Assembly: GCA_964016885.1 (NCBI GenBank)
Contig: OZ024740.1
Span: 67,890,001 to 67,954,000 of the forward strand
DNA length: 64,000 nt
Origin: Eledone cirrhosa
Taxonomy: Eukaryota
Direction of reading: 5' to 3'
Shown one piece after another: positions 54,787 to 64,000 of the stretch (position 1 is the stretch's first letter; each line of letters begins with the position of its first letter). The notes below the pieces were generated by a model. It saw nothing but the letters and a program-made list of their open reading frames with translations. It had not been told where the DNA came from and made no database searches. A program made the position numbers and the translations under genes.

Positions 54787-55830
54787 AAGTTTACATATAT
54801 ATATATACATACATATACATATACGCGTTTTGCAACTGGTCACTTTGTGGCTGAATGAAAAATTAATAAATTAAATAATCAGAGCTATATATCATAAAAC
54901 ATGTCTATACAATCACAAGATAAAATATATACTATTTCCTCTCCCAATTAGCATAATTAACTATATTAAAAATCGAATAGACCAGGCTATAAGAATGAGG
55001 CTTCTATGAATAAATCTCCGTGAAATAACCAAAACTAGCCCTTCGCGTCGGCCGTAGCGGAATATTTATCGAATATTTCGACAGCGTAATCGCCCAGATA
55101 CAGTCAACTAAACAGAATTAGGTGTAAAATAAACTAGGAGAAAATAGAATACATTATCTTGTGATTGTATAGACATGTTTTATGATATATAGCTCTGATT
55201 ATTTAATTTATTAATTTTTCATTGAGCCACAAAGTGACCAGTTGCTAAATACCTATATGTATATGTATGTATATATATATATGTAAACTTTTATATGTAA
55301 TAATCTCCCATTAGGTTGAGATACACATTTGGCTGTATTGTGCTCTGCTTTCTAGCAAAAATGCCCCCAGTCGTAAGCAACTACCACACCTCTTCCAACC
55401 TGACCGCGACTACGTCACGATTTTAGCCATTTTGAATGAATTCTTGGCTCGATCACTTTGGAAAATTTAGTGTCTAGATAAGTGCGAACTTCCTGATGAA
55501 TCCGGCGCTCGAGTTTATATAATTATTACATAATTATTGGAAGACTCAAACTACGCATGAAACCATGGTAGAGGTATTTAAATGTATTCTATTTTCTCCT
55601 AGTTTATTTTACACCTAATTCTGTTTAGTTGACTGTATCTGGGCGATTACGCTGTCGAAATAATCCGCTACGGCCGACGCGAAGGGCTAGTTTTGGTTAT
55701 TTGTCGGAGATTTCTTTATAGAAGCCTCATTCTTATAGCCTGGTCTATTCGATTTTTTATATAGTTAATTATGCTAATTAGGAGAGGAAATAGTATATAT
55801 TTTATCTTGTGATTGTATAGATATGTTTTA

Positions 55831-55836
<6 letters not shown>
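54779..55836 (+). mobile_element. Retrozyme-like element (648-bp unit) with an inverted, circularly permuted arm
   Basis: The plus part reads A-B(HHR)-C-A' (A at 55154 and 55802). The left arm 54779-55155 is the reverse complement of C+A. TT microhomology at the junction; (TA)n flanks. Confidence 0.8.
55488..55575 (+). ncRNA. Type I hammerhead ribozyme with a long stem II
   Basis: ACTTC-CTGATGA-[AT..GAGTT..ATAATTAT/ATAATTAT..AAGACTC..CAT]-GAAA-CCATGG-TA-GAGGT; stem III is the palindrome ACCATGGT. Confidence 0.78.
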
Positions 55837-55905
<69 letters not shown>

Positions 55906-56066
55906 ATATTAAAATAACAGATTAAAGTTTAAGCAAATCATCTCTGCTTTCACCCTTAACGTGATCTTCTGAAACTAACAAAGACAATCTGTGAACGCAG
56001 AAGTGAATATTTCAAAAAACGTTGCAACCGGATGATGACAGGAAGACGATACTTTGGTTCGTGGAA

Positions 56067-56480
56067 ACGTTCCCTGGCAAAGAACGGGAAAAAACGAATA
56101 GAATACGGCATTATTTGGAGCGGCGAAAAACAATTACACGCAAAGACAAAACCACGTTTATGGTATAAAAGAAGTCGTAGACTAATATTCTATTAGGTGG
56201 GTCATAGAACGTTCTCTGGCAATGAACGCGAAAAAAACGAATATAATACGTCATTATTTGGAGCGGTGAAAAACAATTACACGCAAAGACAAAACCACGT
56301 TTATGGTATAAAAGAAGTTGTAGACTAATATTCTATTAGGTGGGTCATAGAGACGTTCTCTGGCAATGAACGGAAAAAACGAAGATAATACGTCATATGT
56401 GGATCGGCGAGAACAATTGCACGCAAGGTAGAACCACGTAAATGGTATAACTGAAGTTGTAGACTAAAATTCTAACTAGG
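56067..56480 (+). repeat. ~143-bp tandem repeat, ~3 copies
   Basis: Units start at 56067, 56209 and 56353. Confidence 0.9.
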
Positions 56481-56604
56481 AAACCGAATGATTCTCGGCT
56501 TCAGTGTTAAGAATAAAGTAAATAAAATAGAGAGGTATAGAAATTAAATAAATACATACACGCATCCATATACGTGCATACACAAGCATACGTCATATTC
56601 CTTC

Positions 56605-57383
56605 TTAAAGCGTTACGAAAAGAATGGTATGCATGTATAGACGCTGCTTGAATATATTGGGGGTTAACACTATGTAGGCCCTACGGGACGTGGGTGTTTC
56701 AACCTTACATTTGTAGACAATGTTACTAGAGAGGCATTTCCCTGATAACGGGCAGTCAACCCGATTCCTACAATTACAGTTAGTACTAACTACAGGGTTA
56801 CACGTGTTCCTACAGCTAGGTAGTTTAGCTAAATTTGGAGCTGTGATGTTATGTACAAGGTTAGGAGTCGTAGCGTAAGAAATTGTAATAGTATTTCTAT
56901 TAAAAATGTTATTATATTTATGTGTAGGGGGAAAATGTTTCATAATAAGTGAGAGAAATATCTTAGCTAAGGGTGTGGCCACCTCCATATTATATGGTGG
57001 GTTATACCATATAATGCGTCTGGATCTATTTCTTCTAGGTCCATTCTCGTACTCAGTTAGTAGATAGACAGGAAAGTCTCAAAGAAACGTTTCTTACCAG
57101 GTTCTTGGTTATGCTGGCAGGATGGTTAGAATGCTTACTTATGAAATGAAGCGTATCATTCGGTTTTTTATACGGGTAATGCAAGTCATTCGATAACTTG
57201 AAGGTAACGTCGAAGTAATTAACGACCGAGAGGTTGGCCTCAACCTGTATTTAGAGGTTGAAGTATTTATAAAAGGCTGTGAGTTCTTTTCTGAACCTGT
57301 TGCAAGCACGTGGGCCGCACTTAGTCATGGTCAAAAGACCATCATCACAGTACAAACCACCGCCCACGTTGGGGAGTTCTTCC

Positions 57384-57388
<5 letters not shown>
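56605..57388 (-). pseudogene. Second Naiad-like PLE remnant (RT motif C to GIY-YIG)
   Basis: GLYCDDGL, IIWYNPPY...KHFPPTHKYNNIFNRNTITISY, CNCRNRVDCPLSGKCLSSNIVYKC. Confidence 0.88.
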
Positions 57389-57417
<29 letters not shown>

Positions 57418-57423
<6 letters not shown>

Positions 57424-58110
57424 TTGGAGCTCTGAAATAGCAATATATATATGGATGTATATATAATGTATTTTGCAATACACTTTATGCTAAATTAAAA
57501 GCATTTTGAAGACCGTAAGCTATTGTTTTAAAGTAGTGACAAATTCACTCACTTTGATCTCAGCAAACAGGGGAGATAAGCCGACAAGACTTGTTTAGCT
57601 TTGGTTGAAGCTTATCCAGGCCGACTACTCCACCTGTCTACTGAGATCATTGATGTTATATTCTTATAGAAATCTAGTAAATAATCAGAAGCTGATTATG
57701 CAGAGCGGTTGTTGGTCAGGCAGAAATTAAAAATTAGAATTGGAGCTCTGAAATAGCAATATATATATGTACATTATATATACATCCATATATATATTGC
57801 TATTTCAGAGCTCCAATTCTAATTTTTAATTTCTGCCTGACCAACAACCGCTCTGCATAATCAGCTCCTGATTATTTACTAGATTTCTATAAGAATATAA
57901 TATCAATGATCTCAGTAGACAGGTGGGGTAGTTGGCCTTGATAAGCTTCAACCAAAGCGAAACAAGTCTTGTCGGCTTATCTCCCCTGTTTGCTGAGATC
58001 AAAGTGAGTGAATTTGTCACTACTTGAAAACAATAGCTTACGGTCTTCAAAAGGCTTTTAATTAAGCATAAAGTGTATTGCAAAATACATTATATATACA
58101 TCCATATATA
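57418..58110. mobile_element. Retrozyme-like element (316-bp unit), two ~1.1-unit arms head-to-head
   Basis: The left arm repeats TTAGAATTGGAGCTCTG at 57418 and 57734. The right arm repeats ACATTATATATACATCC at 57771 and 58087. The arms are reverse complements with scattered substitutions. Confidence 0.85.
57906..58001 (+). ncRNA. Hammerhead ribozyme, U3:A8 core variant, with an extended stem I
   Basis: GGCC-TTGATAA-GCTT/CAACCA/AAGC-GAAA-CAAGTCTTG-TC-GGCT. Distal stem GATCTCAGTAGACAGG/CCTGTTTGCTGAGATC (16 bp, two G.U). Confidence 0.8.
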
Positions 58111-58168
58111 TATATATATATATATATATACATTGTATATATATACATATATATATATATATACATTG

Positions 58169-58214
<46 letters not shown>

Positions 58215-58229
58215 CACACACACAGACAT

Positions 58230-58260
<31 letters not shown>

Positions 58261-58265
58261 CATAT

Positions 58266-58469
58266 ATAATGAAGGAAATGTGGTAAGGAACCAGGTGGAC
58301 CATAACGCACCAAAGTACTCAATACTTAGGGTAGTAGAGTGGGTAATAGGAACAAGTAAGACCCCGACGGCTGAGCTCAAGCCGTTTCGACGGCTAATTA
58401 TGGACTGAATGTCCAGAATTAGCCGTGGAAACGGCTTGAGCTCAGCCGTCGGGGTCTTACTTGTTCCTA

Positions 58470-58470
<1 letters not shown>
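58266..58470 (-). mobile_element. Small foldback element (palindrome 58346-58470 plus tail)
   Basis: Near-perfect ~60-bp arms; same family as 11597-11787. Confidence 0.8.
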
Positions 58471-59178
<708 letters not shown>

Positions 59179-61399
59179 CAAGAAACGCCGGCTAGGATAT
59201 TTAGCGAGTGTCCTGTTAACTAGACAGGAAGATGTTAAACGATTTCAGCGTCCATCGAATAACGCACAGGAAATAGGATACCAGAAACAAAAGATATGTT
59301 GCACTTAAAGCTCTTTATATTCTCTCTATCTACCTATTTTACACACAGTAAAAACACCCACCCAAAGAAACACAAAAGTCCCCCCCCCCCACATATATAT
59401 ATATACTTATACATACGTAGGTCTTACACACATGTGTGTCTATGTATGCAGGTAGATATATATATGTACGTATGAACATATGTATGCATGGAGAGGCTGG
59501 GAAATACTCAGTTGTGTGCCCGACCACGCGGTTATCCCACTTGGAATGAGAGCCCGCTATTCCATATTAGAACCTTATAGGAGAAGAAAACTCAGATGTA
59601 ACACTTGCGACGTTAACGAATGATGTTCACGTATTCTTCTGTTTGGTTAACTGTAACCGTTGTTCAGAGAGAGGGATTAGTCCTCTGCAAGACCTTTCTT
59701 TATTTAAAAAAGCTTCAAGCACCGGCAACACTCGATATAAACGACTTTCACGTGTCTTGAGTGAGCATGGCTTTTTCCTATTTCTCTTGCCAGAAAGTTA
59801 TCTAAGCCAATCACTTTTCACCCATGTATAAGGGAAAGGAGAAGGAATTGCAATTCTCGAAACTGTGATGCATGAATATATGTATGAATGAATGTATGAA
59901 TGTATATCTACATCTACGAATGAACGTATGTATGTCTGCATATATGTATATACATGTATAGAAAAAACTTAAGACAATCAACAGAGGACAAGGCCACGGA
60001 AACAAGGCAACACGAAAACAATTCTTTTAAGGAAAACTTAAAAAAACTATTTACTAAAAATAAACATACAAAAGCCGGTCACAGAAGTCCAGGTCCATCG
60101 GTCGTTTATGGACTTTGGCAGTTTCGACCCCCTACCAAACGTAATTCTTATCCACACGGGGTGACAGCGTCTGACACAAGCCAAACATTGTCCAATGGTG
60201 TAAGAGACGAGAGACAAAACGTTATTTCATAGCAAATAAGTGACAAGTACACATATAATCTTATGTGACATCACTGAAAAAGTGTGGTGCCTCTTATAGC
60301 ACGAGAGTTTCGTGAGGGAAACAAAGGAAGAAAAAAAGAAAGAAAGAAAAATGCAAGAAATAATATATCGTGTAACAATGTAAGCCTTTGAAATAAATGG
60401 TGGTGCTGTTGGTGGTGGTGAGGGGGAGATAACATTTTCGTCCTATGAGTATTAATTAAATTAATAAAGAGAGGACAAGACAACAAACGGAAACAGTGGT
60501 TGTTTAATAGCAACCCCATATAATCACCTGCATTATTTTCTTCTTTACATTTAATGGTGTAGCACCGTCCTGGCGTAGGTTCTAACGTGGCCTTTGAATC
60601 CTGATATCTATCTGCAGGTTCCAATACAGATTTTGGAAGTATAAATTGCTATTATACGTATTTTTCAATACTAGAATTATCACAGGCATCTGATTTCGGA
60701 AAGTAATTTTATTTTGTGGTATGTGATCCGGCCTCTTGCGTTCTGAATTGAAATCTCTCTTCTGCCAAGAATTACATCTGGGAGATTCTATCAGGAATGG
60801 AAATACCAACAGAAAAGGTTTACTTGATTCGATTTGACGATCGGCTTCTTTCCATTTTGCATTTGGTTACAAAAACATTTGAAAATGTTTGTCTCTTTCG
60901 CATGGGGTTTAAGGATCACCCGAACCGGACCTTAGAAAGAAAAACACAAGTATTTGTGGATGCCATATACTTTTAGTTCTTCGTTTCGATTGAAATTTTG
61001 TTTTTCAACTTGCAAGCAGTAAGATAGTTTCAGCCTCCATTTTTCTTCATTCTATCTTTTCTCCATACTGTGCGATTTGCATCTAATTCTTAATGTTGGA
61101 TTTCTATTTCACATTTGTCGTTAAAAAATCTTCATATCACTTGATAATCTTAAGCTGTGGCACCTTGTGGTTTATCACCTCGCCGGAGAATTATTGATCG
61201 GAAGCTGGCAATCATTTAGCCGTGAGTATGATCAACTTATCTCTGGCAACGTTATAAGAAAGTTTTTGTATTGCTCAAAATTTACACCACATAAATACCT
61301 TCATATAGGTTGTTCATACTATTGCCTTCTACACATTCATACATACGGTGGATCATCAGCATTCAAACATTGCGAAGCCATCCATCACCATGTCTGAAC

Positions 61400-61550
61400 A
61401 AAATAGGAAAAATAGAAAGAAGTTATCCCCGTAAATGATTGGAAGTGTATTTGTTGAACCTAAAAGGCTGAAAGGCAAAGTAAGTCGCGGCAGGATTTGA
61501 AATCAGAGCTTAGGGACCAGCTTTCAAATGACACTGTCAGTTAGCCGCCT
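61400..61550 (-). mobile_element. Old SINE remnant
   Basis: AAAGGCTGAAAGGCAAAGT...CGGCAGGATTTGAAATCAGA on the plus strand. Confidence 0.65.
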
Positions 61551-64000
61551 ATACTTTTCTATTTTGCTATGTTACTAATAAATCTCTCAAATGTTTCTGA
61601 TAAACACTTTGAAGCAGTTTTGGATGAGTTTTCTGTGTATCATGTGCATAAGTATGTGTTGTAAGACACAGGCTTCGTAAACATTCCACTTAATGATGTA
61701 ATTTTATGGTTATCATGTTATGTCCACACTCAAGTTTATAATCTACCGAGAGCAACAATAGTACATTGTAAAAGTCTTCTGTTAACTGTGTTTTCCACAG
61801 TTCTAATGAAAAACACTGACCATGATTTTCAATTAATTTTTTAAATAATCTAGAATTTGAAGAGATTATAAGTAACTTTCTCATTAAGCTCATGTTTAGA
61901 GTATAGCTTACAAAATGGTTTTCTATAAAATTATATTGGAATATATTTTCCAATAAATTTGAACCTTATAAAATAAACAATTTTGTATCGTAGAAGCAGA
62001 AGTGGTTTCAAAGATTTCGAATCAAAACTGTTTAGGTATATGAACGCATTTAACCACTTGCAGTTTCACATACAAATATTCATGATCTACATAGTAAGGA
62101 TTTCAAAGCAGAGGTTTAACTAATTCTTATTTTTCAGATGAACTAATACTGAATCTCAATAAAATGTAAGCAAATGAACATCAATTCATAGGCCACTTTT
62201 CATAAGCCAATTTTGTTAAATATGCACCTAGCTCACAATCGTGAGCATGAAATAAAGCCGACTTTTGTGGCAAATGTTTTAGAATACGCTTTCAAGCGTA
62301 TATCTACATCAAGCTGTATATATATATATAGAGAGAGAGAGAGGAAATAAAGAAAGAGAGAGAGAGATAGAGAGAGTGAGAGGGGGAGAGAGAGAGAGAC
62401 AGAGAGAGAGAGTGTAAAGAGTGGAGATGGAATTGAGAAACAATTGTACCCACAAATAGGTACAGTCAGAAAAACTCACGCACAGACACAGACACAATTT
62501 TGAACTTATAACGCACAGAAACGGAACGGATACCGACTTTGCAACTTCGGGAAATGTTTATATTTTTCTTGTATTTGGTTTGTGTGTGATTATGTGTGTG
62601 ATTCTGTGTGTGTGTCTGTGTGTATGTGTCGGGGGGGGGGGGTTGCATGGGTGTGCGTATGTTGTTGAATATACAATTTATCAATCATATAATATATTGT
62701 TAAATACGCTACCTAATTGAACGTTATTGATTACGGTTTCGATAGTGAAATAAATTAAAATTCTTTTCATGAATAACCAATGCAATTTCCAATTGTTAAT
62801 TCTATGATATATATTTATATACGTTTTGTATTCAATTCAGTAATAAGAACCTGGCCATTCGCTTAACTTCGATTTATTTTATTGCCATTTATCCTATACA
62901 CTTGAACATTTCCAATTTATCTTATTTCATAATGAAGCAACTGAGAGTTTTAACTTTGTCTAATACGCATATCTGATGCATTTGCAATAAATGAAGACCC
63001 ATCCAACGAACAGCTAAACTCGATTTTATTAACAATTCTGTATTCCCTTTGGATAATGCCAACGCATAAAAAAAAAACAGCATTAACTACACAAAAAATA
63101 AAACAATTTCTTCGGTACGTTGAAAACTTCTTATATATCTGCAGATGATGAAACATGTGTTTCGGAATAACATCCCACGTGTCATATAACAAAGTTGTTA
63201 CGATTCTTCTACTGCGTTTAATCACGAACATTTTACACGGATTCAAGATGAAAATAGAACCGCAAAGCAATGTCGAATTATATTGGAAAAATGGGGTGGG
63301 ATGAGGTGATGGTCTTGGGAGGGTTGGGGAAATGATTTCAACAGATGAAACAATCTAATGGATATATCAGATTTCCTGTTTCGAATCCCATTCTGCCCCA
63401 GATGTTCTCTCGATTAACTCCGAATCATCTGTTGCAGTGAACAGGTTAGTATCGTTCAGACGAGAACATGTTTGTATTACCGTGGAAAATAAGGTTTTAA
63501 ACATTGATTCGATAAGGTTTGCTGCAAATAGGGAAAATGATAATTATAAATTCCTGGAATTGCTAACTATTAGAAAAAATCTAAGACAACAAGGGATTCA
63601 ATTATGAGATGAGTAAAGTGCTGATGAAGTTCCTTGCATATCAACATAACATTTTCAGTTAGGTAATATAAGCAACAATGGGAATGGTTATAGATTGGTT
63701 AAAGAAGTACTGAAATAATTGTTAATTCTGGTAGACATTCTGCGATAACATGGGAATCAATTTAAAGATGCGTGCAGCAACGAGAGTATACGCATGAGGT
63801 TAAGGAGGTGGAGGAGGTCAAACGAGCGAAGTGTAGATGTGAGTAAATGAGAGCATCTTGTTTAAGTGACAGTCATTAGACGAATACAGACAATTCAATG
63901 CCTCAAGACTTTATAGTGTGTGCGTGAAATTAAACAATCATTGCAATGGTTGCATACTAGTAAATATAGCAGCGAGGCTTCAGATTACTATTGCAAGTTA

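Noticed and set aside
56067-56480. Tandem repeats as a CRISPR array
   Set aside because: Whole units repeat with no unique spacers, the context is eukaryotic, and there are no cas genes.

Overview
An AT-rich, microsatellite-dense animal genomic window. The SINE family and (TA)n/(AG)n/(TAA)n content suggest Octopus or another cephalopod (inference). I cannot support any host gene; almost everything identifiable is transposable-element derived. It contains: (i) a Penelope-like element (PLE; RT + GIY-YIG) with a 1.8-kb inverted arm, plus remnants of other PLEs, two of them Naiad-like; (ii) a ~19-kb stack of four LINEs (two Tx1/L1-clade, two R4/Dong-clade) separated by (TAA)n tracts, with a SINE and a non-autonomous Gypsy-type LTR element nested inside; (iii) many tRNA-derived SINEs, a Helitron remnant and a hAT-like TIR pair. 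The most striking unannotated signal is a set of type I hammerhead ribozyme (HHR) motifs in several unrelated small non-coding elements with units of 316, 467 and 648 bp. These occur as more-than-unit-length tandem copies with an inverted arm, arranged head-to-head with both 3' ends in (TA)n. The autonomous PLE has the same architecture. This looks like a PLE-mobilised retrozyme (circular RNA) system that may integrate by priming from both ends of a break in palindromic (TA)n. All RNA folds were read by eye and none was computed.
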